NCBI GenBank assembly: GCA_024704765.1
Contig: JAKMXF010000336.1
Coordinates: 214,207 to 278,206, forward strand
Origin: Oopsacas minuta
Taxonomy: Eukaryota; Animalia; Porifera
Direction of reading: 5' to 3'
DNA length: 64,000 nt
The notes beneath the pieces were generated by a model. The model did no database searches. It was given only the letters and a program-made list of their open reading frames with translations, and was not told where the DNA came from. Each line of letters opens with the position of its first letter. Positions within the stretch are counted from its first letter, which is position 1. The position numbers and the translations under genes were made by a program. Shown here one piece after another: positions 49,640 to 61,000 of the stretch.

Positions 49640-51382
49640 TCAGTTTATCTGCACACTTCCAGGATAAACTTCTGAAATAAGGTTGGAATCTTTCTTTTCG
49701 ATTAGTTCAGATTCTTTAACAGTTGTTTTCTTCAATTCATCAGGTTGTACTGATCCGTGCATGCAGTTATAGATTTTATTACTATATCCAGCAGTGGGGA
49801 TTCTATGGTTTTTCGGGTCTTTTGCTTTGAGAATCCCTTGTAGTTTGTTAACCTTTATAACAAAATACAAGAATAATGCTATAAACATGAATATTAGGAA
49901 AACATTAGACACTAAAGAGATAATCATGAGAATTACTGTTAGTTGTCCTTGCTCACAGTAACACAGATATGAACCTATTGTATTGCCACAACCAAACTCA
50001 CATCCTCCATTTCCTATCATACACTCATTGACATCATCACAAACATATCCATTTGCAGCTAGCTTGTATCCTTCTTCGCACACACAATGGTATGAACCTT
50101 CTGTGTTGACACAGGTATGCTCGCATTCAGTTTCCTCATCACATTCATCGAAGTCTCTACATTCTCCTGAAACATATAGTAGATAACCTACAGGACAACC
50201 ACAATAGTAATCATCTTCTGCATTATGACATACTTGATTACTAGGACAGGTTGTGGACTTGTCAAAGCATTGATATGATTCTGTTTGTGAGCAATTTGTA
50301 TACAGCTGTGGATTACTAATATCTTTGTTGAGGAAATTGTTTGGTTCAGAACAAATACCATTGTATATATTTATCCCATATTGAGATACAATTGACGTCC
50401 ATTGTAATCTACAATCGCAGACGAAAGGGTCGTTTAAATATATGCTGGTTAGTGATTTCATTTGCTGGAATACATATGGGTCTAGAGTATGATAATCATT
50501 GTACTGTAAGTATACAGATTCAAGAGATCTTGTGTGTATCAGTGCTTCAATAGGGAATCCTGGATTCTCATCTAATCTCAGTTCTGTCAGTTCAGTTAAA
50601 CCTTCGAAAACATTATTTGATATACTCTTTATTCCATTATTTTGAAGATAGAGTTCTAACAGACTTGAGAGTTCACTGAATGTACCATCCTCAATACTAC
50701 TTAATTTATTGTTTTCAAAGCTCAGAAGAGTTAACGAGTTCAAACCATCCAATGCTCCTTTAGTTATGTTGCTGATACCCGAGTTTGGGAAACTTAGCAA
50801 AGTCAGGTTAGATAATCCTCTAACGATTGTATTATCAAATGTACGCGTGGACGAACCGATTATTCTAACATAGAGATAAAGTAGATATTGTAGATTTGTG
50901 AAAGATGGCGTTTCTTTTGAAATAACATAACCCATCAAGATAGATTTTAGACCTGTGAAGTAATTGAAAAAGTTTTTAGACTCAAGCTGGATATGATCGT
51001 TACCAACATATATGTGCAATAAGCCAGTATTTTGACTAGATGTAGTTAAACGGATATTGTCTTGATCTTCGTCATTCTTAAGGTACAATCGTTGGATATT
51101 TGAGGCTAATTCTATATCAATGATTAGATTCCCGTATACTGTTGATACGTAGTATTTGTAGACATATATTGATACAAATGCTGTGTTCTGACCGCTACAG
51201 TAGCTTAACAAACTCCTGATGACCTGAGTTTCACTATTGGTGATGTAGCAACTGAGGGAGGAACTAGTATAATCACAATACCCTGCTCCATTGGAGCAAT
51301 CGACAGCTTCAACCACTGCATAATAATACAAATAAGTCACCAAACCTAACAGCAGACATATATTTCCGAACTTCCCCATCAC
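49640..51382 (-). CDS. LRR-cbEGF receptor, paralog 3 (580 aa), stalk removed by an in-frame deletion
   Basis: Intact ORF; the last EGF ends CYCEQGQ and joins directly to LTVILMIISL (TM); tail GSVQIN lacks DEAVRYQ. Confidence 0.88.
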   Translation of the reverse strand: MMGKFGNICLLLGLVTYLYYYAVVEAVDCSNGAGYCDYTSSSLSCYITNSETQVIRSLLSYCSGQNTAFVSIYVYKYYVSTVYGNLIIDIELASNIQRLYLKNDEDQDNIRLTTSSQNTGLLHIYVGNDHIQLESKNFFNYFTGLKSILMGYVISKETPSFTNLQYLLYLYVRIIGSSTRTFDNTIVRGLSNLTLLSFPNSGISNITKGALDGLNSLTLLSFENNKLSSIEDGTFSELSSLLELYLQNNGIKSISNNVFEGLTELTELRLDENPGFPIEALIHTRSLESVYLQYNDYHTLDPYVFQQMKSLTSIYLNDPFVCDCRLQWTSIVSQYGINIYNGICSEPNNFLNKDISNPQLYTNCSQTESYQCFDKSTTCPSNQVCHNAEDDYYCGCPVGYLLYVSGECRDFDECDEETECEHTCVNTEGSYHCVCEEGYKLAANGYVCDDVNECMIGNGGCEFGCGNTIGSYLCYCEQGQLTVILMIISLVSNVFLIFMFIALFLYFVIKVNKLQGILKAKDPKNHRIPTAGYSNKIYNCMHGSVQPDELKKTTVKESELIEKKDSNLISEVYPGSVQIN

Positions 51383-51809
51383 TAATACTGATCAAATGAA
51401 ATTACCTGTTGTCCAGCAAATTTGAGCAATAATGTAGGAAAAGTAAGGATGATTTGAATATTTGATAAGAATCTAGCATTTATACTCATTGCCGGAGCTG
51501 ATATCGATATCTTGTTATTGACTGGCTTATTTGGTAGGTAGATGACGGAATAAATCTATTTCTAGTGTAATTGAATATCATATATATCTATACTATTCAG
51601 ACTCAATTTATCTGTTTGTATGTCCAGAATTGTTAGAAGAAATTGGGAGACTTCCGGGGCTGATTTTAAGCATAGAGGGGTATTTTGGGTATGGCTCGGA
51701 CTAGTTCGAGGATTGGACGAAAGTTCACACCTATGACAAAATTATGACATCATTATAAATTTATGATTGTGGATTTCGCAAAATTTATGTATTATGCATA
51801 TATTACCAA

Positions 51810-52700
51810 ACCAAATCAATGAATAAATGTAATCATCATTATAATCCTACATGTTTCTCTCCCATTCTGTATTGGTGCTGTTAAACAGGTTATCGTAGCA
51901 TTTTGACTTACAGGTAGTACTCTTACAAATCAGACTGCCTCTTGTATTCGGAGTTAAGCAAATTTGACAAAATTTATGTCTGCAGTAATTGCATGTCATG
52001 TATGCTTGCGGGCTCCGTGGGAATGAAATTTCCATCACATGCACACAGCATTCTCATAGTTATAGGATTGCTATCACAGTATTTCCTATTGCAATCTGAT
52101 AGGAAAATACTATGTATTCCCCTACACATTCCATACTTGCCAACTTGAGTGAAGGGAAAATTTGGGACAGAAATTATGAATTTAGTGGGACATCGTGAAA
52201 TGCAGCATTTGCATTAGACTACAGAAATCGGGACAATTAATTGAAATCAAAATTTTGAATATTTCAGATATAATGATGTTTTCGGTAAACAGCCCTCAGG
52301 TGAATTATCTTGTCTGTACATAGAATATGATTAAGGCCTATCTCTTCCATCGGGATTGTCTTGGAGAATGAAAAAGTTCCCCAACTGAGTACAAAAACTG
52401 TGGGAATTGAACTGCCAGAAAGCTAAGATTATGTAGCTAGAGTCTGCACCAATAATTGATTTCAAAGATAAAAAAGGCAAAACAGTCAAAGTTCCTAGAA
52501 TAAGAGCTTGTCCTGACTGCCCAACTATACTTGGACATAATGGTGGTTGCAACGAGATGACATGCAATTACTGCAAGTACAATGTTTTTCAATCTGGGAT
52601 ATTTGCTTAACTCCGACTAAAAGAGGCAGTCTAATTTGTAAGAGTACTACCTGGAACACAAATGCTACGATAACCTGTTTAACACCACCAATACCCACCA
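51810..52700 (+). pseudogene. RBR E3 ligase pseudogene, copy 3
   Basis: KTVKVPRIRACPDCPTILGHNGGCNEMTCNYCKY read in one frame at about 52480-52580 (best-preserved RING2); disrupted elsewhere. Confidence 0.8.
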
Positions 52701-53204
52701 ACATATGATATTCATTCTTCTGTCTATTTGTTAAGGTTCAACTAGGCTTAAAATCTATATTATTTCCATTTATACATTGTTTTGTACTTTTGTCCAGTAA
52801 TGTATTCTAGTTACTTACTACTTCTAAGCTATGTACGCTCACACGCTATGAATTTTATACAAACTAATGTACTCAATAATGGAATATAGCCATATATGTT
52901 TGTAGAAAGCCTAAAACGTAGCCACAAATAATAACATAATCAAGGACGCTAACTTATAATCGTATAGCCGTACCCCTGAAACAACTGCTGGAGTAACCCG
53001 GTTTGAGAACCACTGATTTACATCATAGAAGAATATATGAGCTAGCTATAATATCGTAGACAATTACGCTATGAATAGATAAATTCCACCAACCAGCTCA
53101 AAGATAGCATATTCAAACACGTGTTATACTCTAACATATACTATACTTTATGTATTTTCTAACATATACTCCATCTATAAAGTACTCTGCCAGCACATAA
53201 CTCA

Positions 53205-53365
53205 AATTTGCTGAACATTAGGTAAGTGAATTTGTGAATATTCAATCAGTATTTATTCTGAGGAAAATCGGCAAGTTATGCCTGTTGCTATGTTTTGTGA
53301 CATGTTTGTATTATTATGTCGTGGCATGGTAGAGGCGGTGGATTGCAGCAATTTACTGTTATGAT
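53205..53365 (+). pseudogene. Relic leader and signal peptide of plus-strand LRR paralog (unit 3)
   Basis: Near-identical to 7432-7590, encoding ...VEAVDCSN. Confidence 0.72.
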
Positions 53366-53731
53366 GAATGATCTTTATTCAATACATTATTGAATTGTTT
53401 ATTATCTTGATCATTTCATTATTTCTTAAAACTTATGTAAATTTATACATTTTCCCGCTCACTTTAAATTTGCTCCCGACGCACCTGGTGCCGACCATGG
53501 GATTCGGGTATAGGATCAATATGTTACTGTCCGACAACAGTGTAATTCCAGGGAGTGCACTGCAAATAAGGCACCTTCCAATAATGTTTAGATAACCCCA
53601 GTCGGGTTTACGTATTAATCGAACAAATATTTAATTTAATAACATTATATTAGCAAACAATAGAATAAATACACACAAACAAATAAATGACATAATGTAA
53701 TATAGATATGCAAATTCATTTAATCAAAATG

Positions 53732-53790
53732 CTAATTATTTAACAATAAATCACCCAGAGTAGAGTCTACTGTGGTATACTTCATCTCCA
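53732..53790 (-). pseudogene. 3' end of the inverted 7TM-A paralog
   Basis: Minus strand reads KYTTVDSTLGDLLLNN* vs intact KYTTVVSTLGDSLLND*. Confidence 0.85.
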
Positions 53791-53827
53791 TAGTTTCATT
53801 TGAATGTTATTGTGAGTATGGTCATCA
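53788..53827 (+). other. 40-bp piece of a receptor EGF repeat, inverted relative to the receptor genes, at a rearrangement junction
   Basis: CCATAGTTTCATTTGAATGTTATTGTGAGTATGGTCATCA vs receptor sense-strand (C)CATAGGTTC(A/T)TTTGAATGTTATTGTGAGTATGG(T/A)CATCA (e.g. 2410-2449, 59035-59074); 1-2 mismatches. Confidence 0.8.
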
Positions 53828-54639
53828 CTTCTAGCTTAACTTCGTGTACTTTGAAACAAAGTATTTTAGAAATTGATGCTATAGGGGACGACACCCCATT
53901 TTGGTACCTGTATTTAACCACCCTTCTGAAAATAATCTGTCAACTGTTTCTGATTTTACTCTCATTCTTAACACAGTATCTCTCGAAGAGATATTTCCTT
54001 CATTCTTTAAGGAAAACTAGCATTGCTCATTTCACTCTTGCAATGATACAAATCTCCATCATTGTCTGTCTAACTAATAGAGATACAATAATTCTGTACC
54101 TCTTGATTGTACCGCTACTGGTATTCATGGATTGGTGCATTTTAGTCAGAAACAGTAAAATCCTATATCGAGTACTTAAATCAAATGTAAGAGATTTGAA
54201 GTTGAATCTATCAAATCGATATTTGTACATAGAGCAATGGAGACTGCTTCGAATATACAAAATACTGATGCCTGTACTATTAACCGCGTTATTCTTCGGG
54301 TTTTGCACAATTTTTCTTCGTTTTTATTTCAAGTTATCTTTCGCATTTTTGATATCAAATTGTTTTGACATAATGTTAAGAGACACATTCACAGTTACTC
54401 GAGTCAATGGTCTACACAGAATAATTTTCTACTTTCAATGTGCATCTGAATACCTAATGCTTATTTGTATGACAATCCACTTCATATTACTTGGTTTCCC
54501 AATATTGGCTATTTCAATTGGAATGCTATATACAGCTTGTGTAAATAGGTGGGGCAAGAAGAAAAAGAATTTTTACAGATTTGACTATACTAACTTCAAG
54601 GAAACTTTGCTTAAGTTAAACCTGAGAGCTCCGTATTGA
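53828..54639 (+). pseudogene. 5'-truncated 7TM-B duplicate (TM3-TM7 in an open frame)
   Basis: Homology to 7TM-B begins at TSSLTSC (38821); TM1-2 and the start codon are missing; the ORF-track start at 53800 lies in the inserted EGF piece. Confidence 0.88.
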
Positions 54640-55456
54640 TAATTTATGTGTATATTTTCAATTGTCTAATATTTAACTGTATTGTTGATTTCATGAATAT
54701 ATGCAAACAAATTATCCGAATCTCTAAATAAAGATAGAGAATTGCTCTCAACAGTCTTATAAGGTAATTTAGTACGCTAAATCTGAATTTCGCATTTCTA
54801 ATTTTCTCATATGTAAATTTATTGTTGTTTTTCGAACAAATAATTGAAACCTTGAATAATCGTAGAAACTTGCTCTCAACAGATATATAGGGGTAATAAA
54901 TAACCCTGAGTCCGGTGCCTTAAGGAAAAATCGCGTCGGCACAGATGGTGATTTGAATTTTCCTTTTGTATATCACAGACTTTCAACCTTGTTTTAATGC
55001 CAAATTAGCTGTATAGTTATTGACATCTCGTAATTCGTTAATGCTAGACACAGGGAATCTATTATTTTCGTATAAGAAGTCATATTTTGGGAGTTCAATG
55101 TTCATATTAGTTTACCGGAAATATTTGCGGAATCTATGTTATGCGATATTCACACTTTCCATAAATGTTATTACAGTGACTCATTCTGTGCACCCCCTGC
55201 TGTCATCCTTGGACCACCAAGAGGTCCATAGATCCCAGTTTGGGAACTGATGAACCAGATCTTCCCTGGAAGTGTTTGAATTATGTCTGTGTACTACAAA
55301 TGAATTACATTGTACATTAAATAATAAAAAACTGTGAAACTGTATGTATAGTCAAAAATGCGTGAGAAAAGAGGAAAACCCACGACAATCCTGTCTAGAT
55401 TACAACATCATAAGAATTATGCGTAAATATCTCAGTAATAATATGTGTATTATTTA

Positions 55457-55709
55457 TCAATATAGCGATCTCAAGTTGGCTTCATTCATAGCTTCCTTAC
55501 AGTTATCATAGTTAAATTCGTAATGATTCTTCTTAGTCCACCTCTTTACACAAGCTGAATATAGAATTCCAATTGAGATACCGAACATTGGAAATTCAAG
55601 CAAGAAGAAGTGGATTGTAATGCAAATTATCAGTAAATATTCTGACGCAACTTCCAAGTCTAAAATTATTGTGAATATATTCTTGTATTCTGTGTTTGAG
55701 TGTGTACTT
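55457..55709 (-). pseudogene. Convergent 7TM-B paralog C-terminal fragment, second copy
   Basis: EVASEYLLIICITIHFFLLEFPMFGISIGILYSACVKRW...NLRSLY*. Confidence 0.85.
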
Positions 55710-56520
55710 CACTGGCGGCCATATGGGGTGTACAGGCTGTGCGGTACACAGGGGCCCCCAAAGAGATCATTTGGAAGGAGAGGAGATTAACCGAGATTTT
55801 TGGGGAATGGTTGGGCCCACAAAATCCCAGGGCAACCTTATTCTGGGTTGAGTATAGTTAATTGTCTAGTTGATCTATGTATTCATGAAGTTTGAAATTA
55901 CATTAGTCAATAAACATAGGATATGACTATCACTAGAATTTATATTTCCTTGAATTGGTTTTAATTTAGACATTTTTCCTCTTAGATCGTTAATTTATTA
56001 GTTATTCATCTCTTGTACACATAGATTATATAGAAATATAGTTTCACAAACATTACATCGTATTTCCGTGTATTATTAAGATATCTGTCACGAAAGTTCT
56101 AATCAGTTATACTACAGGAGAAACTTATGCAGGGGCGGATCCAAGGGGCGTCCTAGGGGTCCTAGGACCCCTCCTCGGTGTTCCTAGCGAGAATCGAAAT
56201 GGAACCAAAATTTGAGTTTTGACTTTCTGTCTAAAAATTAATGAATAATTTGATAATTGAATTTACATATATTTCTCTATATGTGGTAGAAATGTCTTTA
56301 GATCGCTATTTCAGTGTCGAAATATTCAAAAAAAATTCTGGGGGCACCCCTTAGGATAGCTCGCTGCGCTCCTGCTTGGACTCCCCCTAGATAAATCCTG
56401 GATCCGCTCCATGTTATGCATGTGCCATGTGCATAATTTTGCCTCTTTTTTTTTATAATTGAGAAGGGGCCCCAAGAAAACCATTGCACAAGGGCCCCCA
56501 ATATCCTATGGCCGCCACTG
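55710..56520. mobile_element. Duplicate of the hAT-like composite element (nested element at 56130-56413)
   Basis: CACTGGCGGCCATA ... TATGGCCGCCACTG. Confidence 0.8.
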
Positions 56521-56665
56521 ACAATGAGTTATATATGTATACCGCATAACTTCTAAGCCTAATAACTGAATGAACCTCAAGTAAGAGACCTTCCATATAC
56601 CTAGCCCAGTTATGACCAGAGTGGACCGATTATGGCCGGCCAGTTATGCATGTCACTACTGGTGC

Positions 56666-57486
56666 CAGTGGCGGCGCTAGGAATTTCTTTAAGAAGGGCG
56701 GTCAAAGTGGTTGCCAATACATAGGGATCTAATTGTTTACTAATTCACGCCTAGGGTGTAGAGTAATTCATCCACTCACATTTTGGATTGAGAGGATACT
56801 CTTTAGGAATATTGTATCAGTGCTAGACTGTCTACATATTATAGTTATCAAAAAATTGAACTCAAGTAGGTTTATGTGTAATAGGAACTGTGACAAATAC
56901 TTAAGTTTTTCGACCTTTCCTTTGCTTGTCCTGTTTTGATAAGGCCAATCAAAACCAATGCTGGACACAAACGCGTTGTTAAGCAGATTCAGTCTATCAT
57001 GATCGGATAACTCGGCAGTTTTTCCAATGACAGTTCCAATGTCATTCGTGGTTGCACTTCCATCAGTCATCGTTAGGGTTGTGATTTTTGTGGCTACCAT
57101 TTTGGTAATTTCTGTTTCTGCAGTCTCAGGGTTGGTGATTTGATGCCTACAGGCTGTGGATCGTAAAAGTCACGAAGTTTGCGCTTCATCGCATAATAAT
57201 TCTTCTAATGGCAACGAACAAAACTGGTTGAATTGATTGTTATAATAATATATACAGGACTACTTTGTTATTTTTACTCGCTTATAGTAAGTCTTCAACA
57301 ATAACATGAAAGGCTATAGTAATATGTTGTTATTCATTAAATACAATTGTTTACAAATCCCGGATAGAGGGCTTCATTTGACCCAACAGTAGTAAGTCTA
57401 AAATCAAATCTTTGGGATATTTTCTGTGACGGGAGGGGGGGGGCGATCGCACGTTCGCCCCATCCCCCCCCCGTCCGCCGCCACTG
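56666..57486 (-). mobile_element. 821-bp hAT deletion derivative with perfect 8-bp TSD; unit-4-specific insertion
   Basis: ACTGGTGC|CAGTGGCGGCG ... CGCCGCCACTG|ACTGGTGC; empty sites ACTGGTGC at about 41669 and 49078. Internal ORF 56768-57100 (NDIG..LSDHDRLNLL..F....FDWP) and a downstream EWMNYS resemble the N-terminus of ZMYM1-like/TTF-zinc-finger hAT transposases (by eye only). Confidence 0.9.
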
Positions 57487-57646
57487 ACTGGTGCTTACGA
57501 GTTGTGGCATTCCAGAAGATCTTAGCTATATCTTATAGTTTTCTGAATGTGGGAATGATTTGAGATACCGAATGAATATTATATACTTTATAATACATAT
57601 ACCCATTAAGTATGTATAAAGCCATCTACCGAAGTTGATGAGGAAA

Positions 57647-57826
57647 CAGGGTGTAGCAGCCCAGATTATACCCTGTTGTATTCTCTCTTGGACCGATTAT
57701 ACCGTATATATTATGAGCTAGAGCACTTCATACTCAGGGGATAATTTGACCTAGGGTGGAATACCCTGAGGTATATTCTGGGATAGGATAAATTCTACCT
57801 GAGCAGAATCTTGGCTGTTACACCGG
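57647..57826. mobile_element. Foldback MITE, copy 4
   Basis: Homologous to 1458-1636. Confidence 0.65.
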
Positions 57827-58046
57827 TACTGGAGTTATTACAAAGATTACAATAATTCGAGCACACAACTAATTTAATTCGCATATACAAAAAGAATCTC
57901 TGAGTAAATATGTAAACAGAGCTTATAGTTAGTAAGTATCTAGTATACATTACTGGGGATGCCTAAATATACACACTATGAGGGTTAACCTATAGTTAAA
58001 TCCCTGAGATAGATAATCAAAAGTAAAGTCAATGGTGAACTTGATA

Positions 58047-61000
58047 TCAGTTTATCTGGTATCTCACAGCTTCGTCCTGCACACTTCCAGGATAAACTTC
58101 TGCAATAAGGTTTGGATCTTTCTTTTCGATTAGTTCAGATTCTTTAGTAATTGTTTTCTTCAATTCATCAGGCTGTGCTGATCCGTGAATGCTGTTATAG
58201 ATTTCATTACTATATCCAACTCTGGGGATTCTATGGTTGTTCGTGTCTTTTGCTTTGAGTATTCTGTGCATTTTGTTGTTCTTTCTAACAAAATACAAGA
58301 ATAATGCTATAAACATGAATATTAGGAAAACATTGGACACTAAAGAGATAATCATGAGAATTACTGTTGGTTGGTACCATTCAAATTGGTTTTGAGTTGA
58401 CATGACTTGTTGCGTAAATGAGGATGTCGGATCTGAAGTTTGATGTGTAGTATTTCCTAGTATATCAACATTGGGGAAAGAATGATTATAGATCGTGATG
58501 TTGAACCCTCCTTGACAAATGAATCGATTTTCATGATAACTGCTATCTACAACGTCACATTGTATGTTGCTTTCGCAATGAGTTTCATTGATCAACTGAT
58601 GACCATACTCACAATAACATTCAAAAGAACCTATGATATTTCTACAACCAAATTCACAACCTCCATTCGCTTCTTGACACTCATTGACATCATCACAATC
58701 ATATCCATTAGCTGCTAGCTTGTATCCTTCATCGCATACACAAAGATACGAACCTTCTGTGTTCTCACAGCTATGCTCACAATTCGTTTCCTCATCGCAT
58801 TCATCGAAATCTTTGCATTCACCTGAATTGTGTAGTGAATAACCAATAGGACAGTTTGTTGGCGATTCAGTTGATTCTGAGTGTGATGTTGGGTCAGGAA
58901 AGCTATGACAAGTCAGATTTGTGATTATGAGACTGAATCCTCCTTGACAAATGAAACGATTTTCTTGATATCCACTACCATCTACCACGTCACATTGTAT
59001 GTTGCTCTCACAGTGAGTTTCATTTATCAGCTGATGTCCATACTCACAATAACATTCAAATGAACCTATGGTATTTCTACAACCAAATTCACAACCTCCA
59101 TTCCATTCCTTACACTCATTTGTGTCTTCACAATCATAACCATTAGTAGACACTGTGTATCCTTCATTACATAAGCAATAGTACGAACCTTCTGAGTTCT
59201 CACAGGAATGCTCACAATTCGTTTCCTCATCGCATTCATCCACATCTTTGCATTCACCTGAATTGTGTAGTGAATAACCAATAGGACAGTTTGTTGGCGA
59301 TTCAGTTGATTCTGTTGTTGAGGGTGATGTTGGGTTAGGGAAGCCATGGCAAGTCAGATTTGTGATTGTAAGATTGAATCCTCCATGACAAACGAAGCGA
59401 TATTCTTCATCACCGCTTCTATCTACCACGTCACATTGTATGTTGCTTTCACAGTGAGTTTCATTTATCAGCTGATGTCCATACTCACAATAACATTCAA
59501 ATGAACCTATGGTATTTCTACAACCAAATTCACAACCTCCATTCCATTCCTTACACTCATTTGTGTCTTCACAATCATAACCATTAGTAGACACTGTGTA
59601 TCCTTCATTACATAAGCAATAGTACGAACCTTCTGAGTTCTCACAGGAATGCTCACAATTCGTTTCCTCATCGCATTCATCCACATCTTTGCATTCACCT
59701 GAATTGTGTAGTGAATAACCAATAGGACAGTTTGTTGGCGATTCAGTTGATTCTGTTGTTGAGGGTGATGTTGGGTTAGGGAAGCCATGGCAAGTCAGAT
59801 TTGTGATTGTAAGATTGAATCCTCCATGACAAACGAAGCGATATTCTTCATCACCGCTTCTATCTACCACGTCACATTGTATGTTGCTTTCACAATGAGT
59901 TTTGTTGATCAGCTGATGACCATCCTGACAATAACACAGATATGAACCGATTATATTTTGACATCCAAACTCACATCCTCCATTCCCTTCCTGGCACTCG
60001 TTGATATCATCACAAGCATATCCATTAGCAGCTAAGGTGTATCCTTCATCACATACACAAAGATATGAACCTTCTGTGTTCTCACAGGCATATGCACAAT
60101 CAGTTGCCTCGTTACACTCATCAAAGTCTTTGCATTCACCAGAGTTGTGCAGTGAATAACCTATCGGACAAAATGTTGGTGGTATTGTTGACTGTGCTGT
60201 TGAAGTTGTTGACGTTGTTATTGTAGTGCTTTGACACGTGAAGTTTGTAATTGTGAGATTGAACCCACCATCACAAACGAATCGATATTCTTCATAGTTG
60301 CTACTATCAGCCACGTCACATTTTATGCTCCTCTCACAATGGGTTTTATTAATCAGCTGAGATCCGTACTCACAGTAACACAGATATGAACCTATGGTAT
60401 TTCTACAGCCAAACTCACATCCTCCATTCCATTCATGGCACTCATTAGCATCTTCACAATCATATCCATTAATAGCTAGTTTGTATCCTTCTTCACATAT
60501 GCAATTATATGAACCTTCTGTGTTCTGACAAGCATATGAACAATTAGTTACTTCAGTGCACTCATTGAAATCTTTGCATTCACCTGAATTATGCAATGAA
60601 TAACCAATGGGACAACTAGTTGGTTGTTCTGTTGAAGGTATTGTTGGTTCTGTGATGCTATGACAAGTCAGATTTGTGATAGTAAGGTTGAACCCTCCTT
60701 GACAAGTGAAGCGGTTTTCTTGATAACCACTACTATCGACCACGTCACATTGAATATCGCTCTCACAATGAGTTTCGTTATACAATCGGTGTCCTTGCTC
60801 ACAGTAACATTGATATGAACCTATGGTATTACCACAACCAAACTCACATCCTCCATTTCCTATCTTACACTCATTCACATCATCACAAACATATCCATTT
60901 GCAGCTAGCTTGTATCCTTCATCACATACACAATGGTATGAACCTTGTGTGTTGACACAGGTATGCTCGCATTCAGTTTCCTCATCACATTCATCGAAAT

